Source: Oscillatoriales cyanobacterium SM2_2_1
GTDB taxonomy: Bacteria > Cyanobacteriota > Cyanobacteriia > Pseudanabaenales > Pseudanabaenaceae
Assembly (NCBI GenBank): GCA_012031145.1
Contig: JAAUUH010000004.1
Span: 182 to 64,181 of the forward strand
Length of the DNA: 64,000 bases
Reading direction: 5' to 3'
Shown here: one piece after another, positions 38,801 to 46,916 of the stretch
How positions within the stretch are numbered: position 1 is the first letter of the stretch
How the letters are laid out: each line of letters starts with the position of its first letter
The notes under the pieces: generated by a model
Seen by the model: only the letters and a program-made list of their open reading frames with translations
The model's database searches: none
Told to the model about the DNA's origin: nothing
Program-made: the position numbers and the translations under genes

Positions 38801-41800
38801 GGTACTGCCCACCGCGCATCGTGTGGTGCCGCTGTTGGGCGCACCTTGGTAATTGATCTGCGTTTCTGCCGCCCCATCACAGTTGGGGTAGCGGCTGGGC
38901 ACCGCTGAACGCTCAGCAAAGGGATAGGCCGCTGCGGGCTGGGGCAACAGGGTGCCAAAGGGCAGCCCAAGCACACCAATCCGGGGTGGTGCAGTCATCC
39001 CAAACACCGGCGGTGTAATGGAACCAGTAAAAATGGGCCCAGGCGTCGGCGAGGGCGACGGGGAGGGCGACGGGCTGGGGCTAGGGCTGGGTGACGGGCC
39101 AGGGGGGCAGGGCGGATAGGTCGCCGTAATCGTCTGAACGGTGTTGAAGTTTGCCACTGGTGCCGCTGGAGGTGGCTGCAACCCGTCATCGCTGTTTGAA
39201 CCAGGATTGCTGAACGGAACGGCTGACCCAACTGGCGTGAAAATATCTGGGGCACCAGGAATATCATTGACCGTGCCTGGGCAATTTCTACCTGGGAAGC
39301 GATTACGTCTCCGGGGTGTGTTCGTTCCTGACTGGGCGGCCGTGCCGTTTGCCTGGGTGATTCGCGCATCCCGGCGGGTTTCCGCTTCCACTGGAGTAAT
39401 TTCGGCATCGGCGTTGGGCACAACCCCCACTAGGCGCAGCCGGAAGTCTTCGTTGTTTTCCTGGAAGCTATCCCGCACCACCAGCACATCCACCTCGGCA
39501 GAGGTGGCTCCAACGGGAATTTCTAGGAGTTGACAGCCATTCGCGGGCGTCAGAGTCGGGCAAATCCTCGTGCCGGGGGTGCCCGTACTATTGGTGGCAT
39601 AGACCGCTGGCAGGTAGTCTACGCCCACACCGCCGGGCGTGGTGTCATTGGAGGGGGTACCGTCGGCATTGACCGGTTGATTGGTGCCTGTGAGTGCTCC
39701 AGATTCGAGATTTTGGTTTGCTGGCTTAGCGCGGTTACCCGTGGTTAAAGACTCTGTCCGCACGGCAACGGGAATGGGCACGGTGCGGGTCACAGGGGGA
39801 GCGCCCGCAGGGAGGAAGGTCTCAATCCTGAACCGGAACCGGCGATAGGTAGCAGTGTTGTCTTGTCCGGGAGCATTATTGGTGCCATCCCCAGTCCCAG
39901 TCCCACCGACGACATTACGTGCGCCTCCGGTGAAATTCGGAGCGGGCAGGGCACCACTCAGCAGCGAAGGTACATTGCGCACGCGACCCTCTCTTTCCTC
40001 GAGACGGCTGCCAAAGTTATTTACCCTCACCTGTAACTTCACTGGCTCCACATCCTTGGCGCAGGGAACATCGCCATAGGCGCTGAAATTGTCGGTGGCA
40101 CTGACGGCGCGTCCCCTAAAGGGAGTTACTTGGCCGGCCCCAAAAATGTGGGGGTAGGTGTAGGCATTGGTTTGGTTGCCAGCATTGCCGTTATTCGCTT
40201 GGTTTCGTATGCCAATGGGAATAGGCCAGGCTCCTGGAAGGGCAGTACCTTCATCTTCCATGGGGCAACGGGCCGACATCACCAGGGCCTTGTTGCCATC
40301 CCCATAGATGTCATCAAAGCGCAGGAAGGCCAACCGCCGGGCATAGCGGTAGTCCGCTGGGGCAATGTAGCGGGGGCGGCTTCTCTGATCGGCTAAGGTT
40401 CCCCCATAGGTGACCGCATCGGGCAGGGCCGTGGTGCCCGCGCCTTCGGCTTTCCAATCATCAATTCGGCATTCGGAAACCGGGAGCTTGCTGCAAATTT
40501 CCATGCTGTACTCCCGGGTGAGAATGCGCCGCTGAATCGGCGTCACACCATTAGACAGGAAGGAAGACCGATTGCCTTGGGGGTAAAGGGTGCTTGTGCT
40601 GCCCGCGCCGCCATCGGAGTTGATGGTGGTGAGGAAGTTGGCGCTAGTGACAAAGCTATTGTCATAGAATCCTTTCCTGCGACGCTCAATCACATAGCTG
40701 CTGTCTTTGATTTTTTGAACTTGGTCATTGCGGCGATCATTCCATTGCAGGCTCGTGGAAGTGTCGGCATTGTTCCTGAGGTCATAATCCCCATCGCTGC
40801 GGTAACCTTCGCGATATTCGGCGGATTGGATGGAGAAGGCATCGGCTAAAACCGTTGCCGCCCGCCAGTTGTCTCCCTCAGTACATCCAGCAAACTGTCC
40901 AGGACGGCAGGCAAAGTTGGTATCGCGCGCCGCACGGCTATAGAAGTTTGACCAGTTGGCAGCCAAAACTTCGGTGAACTCTTCGTGGGTGTGGACGTTA
41001 AAGCCGGAGGCAGGCAAGACTGCTGCCTTACCGGTGTTGGTGGGGTTGGGCAAACCAACCGGACGGCGTTGGGCTTTGAGGTAGGTGGGAATGTTGCTGA
41101 CCAGAATCAGTCCCTTCTCCCCACGGGTGGTTTGGGTAAAAGCAGGCTGGGCATTGACACCGGTGCCATTGCGCCGCCAGAGGCTATAGCCATTGATCAT
41201 CCGAACGGCGCTGGGGCGACGGGTAGGGTCAAGCACAAAATCCGTGGCGCTCAACTCGGCGGTGCTGCTGGTGGTATCGGCTAGGGCATCTTCGCGGGTG
41301 GCATAGACAACGCCGCTGTAGGGCAGCATGTATTCAGTGGCAACACCATTACCACCGACAACAGCGTTGTTGGCCCCGGTGATAGTGGAGCTGCGTAATT
41401 TGTCGAGGTCGAGGTCGGTAGCCCGAATTTCCAGGGGTTCCCGTTGCTCGATCTGTAAATCATAAACATCTGCTCCATTGCTGGCTAGTCCTGAGCCAGT
41501 GCGAATCAAGGAGTTGCGATTGTCGCTGACGGTTCGGAGTTCCGGCCCATCCTGCACTGAGTAAGGGTACATATACTCATTGCGATTCAAGGCTTTTACC
41601 TCCCGTCCATCGAGAAAAGCAGACTCTTTAACTAGTCCATGGGGGAGCTCAGCGCTGTTGAGCACCGGCACAGCACCGGACTGGGGAGCAATGGTGCCGT
41701 CGGCGATTTGCAGGGCGCACAGGTTGGCATCAATGGTGGCTTGCTCGACGATGGTAAGGTTGGCATTGGCGAAGTTGCCGCCGTCGTCAAAAACTTTACG

Positions 41801-44800
41801 CAGAACCGCACGAAGGGGCTCGTTGGCAAAGCGACCATTGGGGAAGATGAGGTTGGCTTGATAGGCCAGGCGATCGGCGACACTTACGCCAGCGTTGGCG
41901 GGGTTTTCAGCGCCCGCAACGACACTGAATTGCCCCGTAGTTGCATTGAAAGTAGATGTAAGCGGGGGAAGGGCACCAGCAGTTAGTCCGACGTTGTAAA
42001 CAATGCCATTGTTGGATCGTCCGGTGGTGCGATCGACAATAGTTTCATCGTTATTGAGCACATCAGGTAAGTTGGGCCAGGGCAAACCCTGGCGGTTGAG
42101 TGCGGATGCTCTCAGTTGATTGGTGGCACTAATTGGCGTGAAGGGATTAGCAACATAGGAGTAGGAGGGATCGTAATAACTGCTGACACAAGCCAAAGGA
42201 CGTTGGTAGTCCGTGGGATTGGTGGGGTCAAAGGCATCAAACTTGTAGTGATAGATAGCCGATGCGCGCATTTGGAGGTCACCCTTGAGGGGTTCAGTTT
42301 CCGATGCTGTCATGGGCATATTATCGGGCCAAACGACAAAGTTGACCCGTGCCCGCTCGGCTTCAGTGGCGGTGACAGGAGCAATACCGGCAAATCGCGC
42401 CTCATTAAAGGGAGTATTGGGGTTGTCCTTAGGTGCGGCTGATTCGTCAATGTCGTTTGTTGCGGGGCTGTCAAGCAGATTGGTGTGATAGCGCGGCAGA
42501 AAGGTGCCCGGAGCATCTACAGTGGTAACGCCGGGTGCACGCAAGCGGGTATAGATCCCAGCGTTGGTGATGACCCTCAAGCCGCCAAAGGTGGGGGTGG
42601 TGTTAGGGGCAGAGTTGCGGGGTTCAGCAGGATCAAGGGGATCCGCAGGGTTAGAGGCTGCCGAAATTTCCCAGAAGCCGCCGCGAGAGACTTCCCCAAG
42701 AACGTTACCCGGCTCAGCTTGGGTGACACGGTACCGGGGGACAGGCAAAGGATTGGCGGGGTTGGTGGGATCATTCCAGAAAACGTTGTTGGCCGTGGAG
42801 ACGGGGGCGCGGTTGTCTTCAATTTCGGAGCGGTTGGTGGCGAAGAAGATGCGTCCGCCATTGTTGCGGAGCCATCGGGCAGGAAGATTGTTGCCCACAT
42901 TAACGCGATCGCCCAAAAGACGCTCTTGATCGGTGCGCAGACGGGTGGGATCGTTGGCCGGCAAATCGAGCAAAGCTCCGGAAACATTAACTTGCAGCGC
43001 CGGGTTGCCAGCGACCAAGCCAGCCCCATCAAGGGCTGCCCCAAAGGCTGCGGCAGCGCGGGTAAGGGAGCCGCCATTTTCATCGAAAGGAAAGGCCCAC
43101 TGAATCGGGGGACGCAGTTCAGTGCCCCCATCAATAGTGAGCACCGTCAGAAGGGGGGCGGGGTCGGTGGGGCAGATCAAATCTAGACCGGTGGCGGCAT
43201 TCCCATCCGCATCGCAGGTGCTTAGGTTGGTTTGGGCTTGGGTAAAGGAAACCTCACGACTAGGAACTTTGCGGGTGCGCTCTCGGAAGTAGGCTTGGAG
43301 GGCACGCCTACGGGCTTGATCAAAGCCCGATTGGGTGGTTAAACCTTCATCGAAGACGGCATCGGCGATAAATTTGCGAACGGATTCTGGGTCGGGATAA
43401 GTAACATCGGTGGTTCGTGGGCGGGCTCCTCCACCAGGAAGGTTCACGGTTCCACCCCCCCGGGCGATCGCCGCTCGCACAAGCACTTCAATCCGCCGAC
43501 TAAATTCAGCATCGTTGCTCAGTACATCCCGACCGCGGTTGGTGTTATTGTCAACAACACTCTGTCTGGCAGCGGTAAAGGGTTGACGTCCACCGCCTGT
43601 GGTCTCAGGATTGGCGTTATCTCTCAAAAACAGGTCAAATCGAATCGCGCCCGTGTCACCGGTTGCCGATGTCGCATCCCCAATAACCGCATTGCCAGCT
43701 ACTAGCACCTTGGCATTTTCAGGACGGTAATAACAGGAGCCTGCTGCGGTACCTGTGGTGGTGGGGTTATCGCTAGCGCTAACTTGGTAGAATGTGACTT
43801 CGTTGCCAGCGCCTGTATTGGCGCGAACCAGCAAGTTACCTGAAGTGTACACCCGACCATTGAGGCGGAAGGCAGGAGTACGAGTGATTTCAAGGTCGCT
43901 TTCAAAGAATACGGCGTTGTTGTTAAGGGGGAACCGTTCCCGGTCTTGCTGCAATTCAAGGGCGCTGATGGAAGAAATGCCCCGGTACTGCTCGTAGTTG
44001 TTGGCATCAGCGGCGCGGCGTCCAGCAATAGAAGTGGGATCGTTGTTGCCCGAGGGGATGATGGATCCGGGGTCAGTAATGGGTACAGTGACCGCATAGG
44101 CAAAAAATGCTTTTTTCAGCCGGCCGTTGGAGTCGATCCAGCCCTCGGTGGTAGCAACGTTGGCGCTAGCGCCAACACAACCGTCCGTAAGCGCCCCCTG
44201 ATCCTGGGGCAGCCCCCGGGCTTCCATGATCGATGTGGCGCGGGAGGAAGCTGTGGCAATGGGTCGGGCACGGTAGATGATGCTGTACAGACCGAAGGAG
44301 TCGAAGCGGCCGTTACCATCGGTGTCGATGGGGAACTTCCAAGCGGTGGTTAGGGCTTCGGTGTTGGCGACATTATTGGGGTCAACACGGACACTTGCAG
44401 CGTTGCCATCAACATTAGGATCGGCAATGACGAGGCGAATCTCATCATCGTAGGTATAGCGGGCATCTTGAAGGACATCATTAAGGACGAGGTCGCTGGG
44501 GGTAGTCCGAGGGAGCCGGTCATCGGCTAGCAGTTGGGCAATCTTGGCCCGGGCCCGGTCAATCAGGGGTGTATTGGTGGAGCGGAGCACCTGCTCAATT
44601 CGGGAATTGGCAGCGGTCTCGGCGCGTTGGGCGGAGTTGGAAACAACGGTGACCACGGCCAGGGTTGTGACGGCAGTTACCAAAACCACGACGGGCAACA
44701 CAAACCCAGCTTGATTGGCATTCTTACGGCGGGAGGAACTCTGGAGGTCGCGGACAAGGCGGCGGCTAATCCGGAAGGGGCTGCCCGTCCTAATTAACCA

Positions 44801-44866
44801 TTTGCGCAACTTAGCGACAAAGTCAGCTAAAAATTGGAGGAGATTGCGATTTTGACGAGATGACAT
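35837..44866 (-). CDS. hpsA: giant (3009 aa) extracellular protein with pilin-like N-terminal segment; HpsA-like by gene order
   Basis: One uninterrupted 9030-nt ORF. N-terminus ...RRKNANQAG|FVLPVVVLVTAVTTLAVVTVVSN. Rich in N/T/G/P/A, with a (PS)n linker, one Calx-beta-like segment and two repeated modules. It is followed by three pseudopilin genes, as in the Nostoc punctiforme hps locus. The family call is from synteny and memory, not from a search. Confidence 0.55.
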   Translation of the reverse strand: MSSRQNRNLLQFLADFVAKLRKWLIRTGSPFRISRRLVRDLQSSSRRKNANQAGFVLPVVVLVTAVTTLAVVTVVSNSAQRAETAANSRIEQVLRSTNTPLIDRARAKIAQLLADDRLPRTTPSDLVLNDVLQDARYTYDDEIRLVIADPNVDGNAASVRVDPNNVANTEALTTAWKFPIDTDGNGRFDSFGLYSIIYRARPIATASSRATSIMEARGLPQDQGALTDGCVGASANVATTEGWIDSNGRLKKAFFAYAVTVPITDPGSIIPSGNNDPTSIAGRRAADANNYEQYRGISSISALELQQDRERFPLNNNAVFFESDLEITRTPAFRLNGRVYTSGNLLVRANTGAGNEVTFYQVSASDNPTTTGTAAGSCYYRPENAKVLVAGNAVIGDATSATGDTGAIRFDLFLRDNANPETTGGGRQPFTAARQSVVDNNTNRGRDVLSNDAEFSRRIEVLVRAAIARGGGTVNLPGGGARPRTTDVTYPDPESVRKFIADAVFDEGLTTQSGFDQARRRALQAYFRERTRKVPSREVSFTQAQTNLSTCDADGNAATGLDLICPTDPAPLLTVLTIDGGTELRPPIQWAFPFDENGGSLTRAAAAFGAALDGAGLVAGNPALQVNVSGALLDLPANDPTRLRTDQERLLGDRVNVGNNLPARWLRNNGGRIFFATNRSEIEDNRAPVSTANNVFWNDPTNPANPLPVPRYRVTQAEPGNVLGEVSRGGFWEISAASNPADPLDPAEPRNSAPNTTPTFGGLRVITNAGIYTRLRAPGVTTVDAPGTFLPRYHTNLLDSPATNDIDESAAPKDNPNTPFNEARFAGIAPVTATEAERARVNFVVWPDNMPMTASETEPLKGDLQMRASAIYHYKFDAFDPTNPTDYQRPLACVSSYYDPSYSYVANPFTPISATNQLRASALNRQGLPWPNLPDVLNNDETIVDRTTGRSNNGIVYNVGLTAGALPPLTSTFNATTGQFSVVAGAENPANAGVSVADRLAYQANLIFPNGRFANEPLRAVLRKVFDDGGNFANANLTIVEQATIDANLCALQIADGTIAPQSGAVPVLNSAELPHGLVKESAFLDGREVKALNRNEYMYPYSVQDGPELRTVSDNRNSLIRTGSGLASNGADVYDLQIEQREPLEIRATDLDLDKLRSSTITGANNAVVGGNGVATEYMLPYSGVVYATREDALADTTSSTAELSATDFVLDPTRRPSAVRMINGYSLWRRNGTGVNAQPAFTQTTRGEKGLILVSNIPTYLKAQRRPVGLPNPTNTGKAAVLPASGFNVHTHEEFTEVLAANWSNFYSRAARDTNFACRPGQFAGCTEGDNWRAATVLADAFSIQSAEYREGYRSDGDYDLRNNADTSTSLQWNDRRNDQVQKIKDSSYVIERRRKGFYDNSFVTSANFLTTINSDGGAGSTSTLYPQGNRSSFLSNGVTPIQRRILTREYSMEICSKLPVSECRIDDWKAEGAGTTALPDAVTYGGTLADQRSRPRYIAPADYRYARRLAFLRFDDIYGDGNKALVMSARCPMEDEGTALPGAWPIPIGIRNQANNGNAGNQTNAYTYPHIFGAGQVTPFRGRAVSATDNFSAYGDVPCAKDVEPVKLQVRVNNFGSRLEEREGRVRNVPSLLSGALPAPNFTGGARNVVGGTGTGDGTNNAPGQDNTATYRRFRFRIETFLPAGAPPVTRTVPIPVAVRTESLTTGNRAKPANQNLESGALTGTNQPVNADGTPSNDTTPGGVGVDYLPAVYATNSTGTPGTRICPTLTPANGCQLLEIPVGATSAEVDVLVVRDSFQENNEDFRLRLVGVVPNADAEITPVEAETRRDARITQANGTAAQSGTNTPRRRNRFPGRNCPGTVNDIPGAPDIFTPVGSAVPFSNPGSNSDDGLQPPPAAPVANFNTVQTITATYPPCPPGPSPSPSPSPSPSPSPSPTPGPIFTGSITPPVFGMTAPPRIGVLGLPFGTLLPQPAAAYPFAERSAVPSRYPNCDGAAETQINYQGAPNSGTTRCAVGSTSPVPADGTTPLFPIRSLFGRSFNDFDTTSQAVYNSQLPPPNSPVIVSNNDSGRLPMLPGMTNTYPEFSDRALWFRTTSRSNYPGESDTAGFNWDGGRALYLFQSAWPQTGSNNSNNPLHPDRLVLPDTVCIDSRDGFVDATCERPEPVGSTPGAVIANLNLPANPLYPADVSIRPASAFAICGATGRSQKYQSRQTTLGGNVARQDFTTNSCPTNVGNPRAAIVQFFSTLSTPAFDPAQPAGTFQGIELVRPTVPITEPLNRAANVQIEGDSAQPREIILTAANTFSNNRVNVYNFSRDGLGVVSTGTRTIGGVLNNTTIDANTTVPTRYNSGDPDTGGSNDQFRGVTIILRANPNGGPSPVFILQGSPTEDLELSGVRLKLEGVEPNNVFWFTPRLNSTDAVALESIPAQPTLRDVRVATTVNVNLALMPATVDGVPLTSGDRFLVKDQSAPAENGIYIFESAGSAAVPAADFDESATNAVQGVTVRVFEGSSANRFFKLSNDPFPFGSPAVPGAPKNFTLLPEPVAAVETADVNLADGTGATAPSGGIRILLTGQNNRTQNGVYTYPGPGSPLTRVTDFDDAAELTANRVIPVLSPGSINLYKLTNPTVTLGTTELTYEEFNSVPATPSILAGNFIGRTTLAGGNTIAETTTLTITDRVALRGVRFLGYRSSDVNENTVAVAMTTTNEPLTVPVVHFHVPSSPGDTTNTGTQNLAPIINNDARTISGLPSATNGLWNQRAVASEINIYTVAGTTPSRSFATVTGIGATGNITGETGGGLPNFVRLMENWTEVPLNIAGGFLQNTRSQFDTAPFAQTGPYRDPNAPENTVVPESLFVNALDNNTFNDRLGDFDNDDATPDAIYRSFALLRLPYYNPPQRNWGFDVGLLTQAPDRFAERFSRDLPNFSDFFRETDRNDPYIATLLCAAEPVNPNAANPGTASGTGVNAEVNLTRPQRTLTKFTNYTRRALAGQRDLPNNCFPTTYVN

Positions 44867-44975
44867 AGAGTTCCCCTAGTTCCTACCTGAGATCTGGTTT
44901 GATACTACCCACGACTGACAAGAAATTATCACGAATTAAAATTTTGACTCGGTGCTGGCGATAACTTTGGTTGGG

Positions 44976-45569
44976 CTAGGCAAAAAAGCGGGGTTGGAAG
45001 GATTGGGCGATCGCCCCGCAGAGCAGACCAATCACCATACTGAGGGCAAGGGAGCCGTAGGCGAGTTTGGGTGGCAGCTCATGGGACTGGGTTTGGGGGC
45101 CAAGGATGGCGATCGCCCCTAGCACCAGACCGAGGATCATTCCCGAACCCCAGTCGGAAAGGCGCTGAAACAGGGCAATGGTCATCACCATGGATAGGGA
45201 TATCGTGCCGGCCAACCCCAGCCATTCCCACCAGCGTAGGGACGGTTCTGCATTGACCTTGTAGTCGGCCTGCCGCACGCCAAACCAGGTAATGGCAACA
45301 CCAACGCCTAGGGTGATCAACGCACCGAGCCACCCCAGCACAAACCCGGCGGCGATCGCCCCCAAAATAACGGCAAACAGCCCGCCGATGCTGGCGGGAA
45401 TAGCCCACACATTCAGCAGACTCACTCCGGCAATTAGCCATAGCCATGGGGACTGACCCCGCAGATGCAGTTCATAGATCATCTGCCCGATGAAGTAATG
45501 GCCAACACCTAGCCCCAGGAGGGGAAGGCAAAAACCAAGACCTAATGTGTAGGTTCCGATACGCACCAT
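44976..45569 (-). CDS. multi-pass membrane protein, hypothetical
   Basis: 197 aa with about 6 Gly/Ala/Ile/Leu-rich helices, 109 nt upstream of the giant gene on the same strand. Confidence 0.55.
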   Translation of the reverse strand: MVRIGTYTLGLGFCLPLLGLGVGHYFIGQMIYELHLRGQSPWLWLIAGVSLLNVWAIPASIGGLFAVILGAIAAGFVLGWLGALITLGVGVAITWFGVRQADYKVNAEPSLRWWEWLGLAGTISLSMVMTIALFQRLSDWGSGMILGLVLGAIAILGPQTQSHELPPKLAYGSLALSMVIGLLCGAIAQSFQPRFFA

Positions 45570-45651
45570 AAAGTTCTGTCGCCGTGATGAGAATCTGGAG
45601 GATTAGGGGGAATACTAAAAGAAATTACCGAAGGTCGCAATCGTGGGGGCT

Positions 45652-46410
45652 ATGTATTTGTCGGTGGTCATCCCGGCCTATAACGAAGAAAAAAGGATAG
45701 CCGCCACTCTGGAGGCTTTGGCGGTGGGGATTCCCAGCCAGTTTTATCCCTACGAGGTGATCGTGGTTAACGATGGCAGTGGCGATCGCACGGCGGCGGA
45801 AGTGACCCGGTTGCAGCGGGATATGCCCAACTTGTCGCTGATCAACTTAGAGCAGAACTGCGGCAAGGGACGGGCGGTGGCGGTGGGGATGCTGGCGGCC
45901 CAGGGTGCCTATCTTTTATTTATGGATGCCGATCTGTCTACCCCGCTAACGGAGGTGCCTCGGATCATGCACTGGCTAGAGTCGGGTTGGGATCTGGCGA
46001 TCGGCTCTCGGGCCCTGCCCCAGTCGGTGATTGAGATACACCAACCCCTATTTCGGGAATGGATGGGCAAAATCTTTAACCGGCTGGTGCGATGGTTAGT
46101 TATTCCCGGCATTCTGGATACCCAGTGCGGCTTTAAAGGGTTTCGACGCGAGGCGGCCGAGGTGATTTTTAGCCATTTGGCCACGGCGCGGTTTGGCTTT
46201 GATGTGGAAGTTTTACTGTGGGCGCGCCATTGGGGATTTAGGGTCAAGGAGGTTCCGATTCGGTGGCGCAATGCCCCCTACTCCCGGGTGTCGCCCTTAA
46301 CTGATTCTTGGGAGATGTTTTGGGCGTTGGTGCGCCTAAAGCGAGGATTTCAGCGTCGAGTGGCAACCTATCGCGGCAACCTGCCCCTATTTGAATTAGC
46401 CCGTAAGTAG
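45652..46410 (+). CDS. family 2 glycosyltransferase (dolichyl-phosphate glucosyltransferase-like)
   Basis: MYLSVVIPAYNEEKRI...VIVVNDGSGDRT...LFMDADLSTP...GFKGFRR. Divergent from the hpsA-side genes. Confidence 0.85.
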   Translation: MYLSVVIPAYNEEKRIAATLEALAVGIPSQFYPYEVIVVNDGSGDRTAAEVTRLQRDMPNLSLINLEQNCGKGRAVAVGMLAAQGAYLLFMDADLSTPLTEVPRIMHWLESGWDLAIGSRALPQSVIEIHQPLFREWMGKIFNRLVRWLVIPGILDTQCGFKGFRREAAEVIFSHLATARFGFDVEVLLWARHWGFRVKEVPIRWRNAPYSRVSPLTDSWEMFWALVRLKRGFQRRVATYRGNLPLFELARK

Positions 46411-46643
46411 CTGAGGGTCGGCTCCCCTCCCCTGGGGTGGGGCTTCCGGCTGATGGGTCGCCAATGCGATCTGGGGGTGGCATGATAGAATGTCTCCCAG
46501 CCATGGGAATCGCCCCCTTAGGAGAGGGTTGTGCTGCCCCGATCTCGCTTCTTTTGCTCTTGGACAAGACGGGAATTGGCATTGGTTATCGTTGGTTATC
46601 GTTGCCAATAGCGGTGCCCCAAAAAAGCAGCCTAATCTAGATC

Positions 46644-46771
46644 ATAGCTATTTCAGCTTTATTTGAGACAATCTCGCCCTCACCCCCAGCCCTTCTCCCA
46701 TGAAGGGCGAGGGGAGTAATAGTACTCAATACAACTATAAATTGTTTCGCTCTTAATTAAACTTGACTATA
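46644..46771. repeat. MITE-like element with GC-rich hairpin
   Basis: It starts ATAGCTATTTCAG (like 62985..) and ends GACTATAT (like the 62978..62985 terminus). The internal inverted repeat is CTCGCCCT (46673-46680) / AGGGCGAG (46704-46711). Boundaries are approximate. Confidence 0.4.
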
Positions 46772-46916
46772 TCAATCCATTAACCAACCCACTAACCTGT
46801 CCGAGGGGCGTTACCGCCGCAGAATTCGGTTGCTTGATCCCGCCTAGGGGGCAGGGGATGCTGCACCACAAAAGATCCACGGGATCCATTGCGTTAGATG
46901 GTGACTCACCCTACTT

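Noticed and set aside
36133-44353. About 40 ORFs of 60-233 aa on both strands inside the giant gene (for example 42485..43186, 42577..43134, 39141..39533)
   Set aside because: All are nested within one uninterrupted 9-kb frame with coherent composition. Their translations are low-complexity Gly/Arg/Pro/Ala strings of the kind expected from off-frame reading of GC-rich coding DNA.
46244-46608. 112-aa and 70-aa minus-strand ORFs overlapping the end of the GT2 gene
   Set aside because: They are antisense to a well-supported gene for part of their length. They are Pro/Gly/Ser-rich and have no start context.
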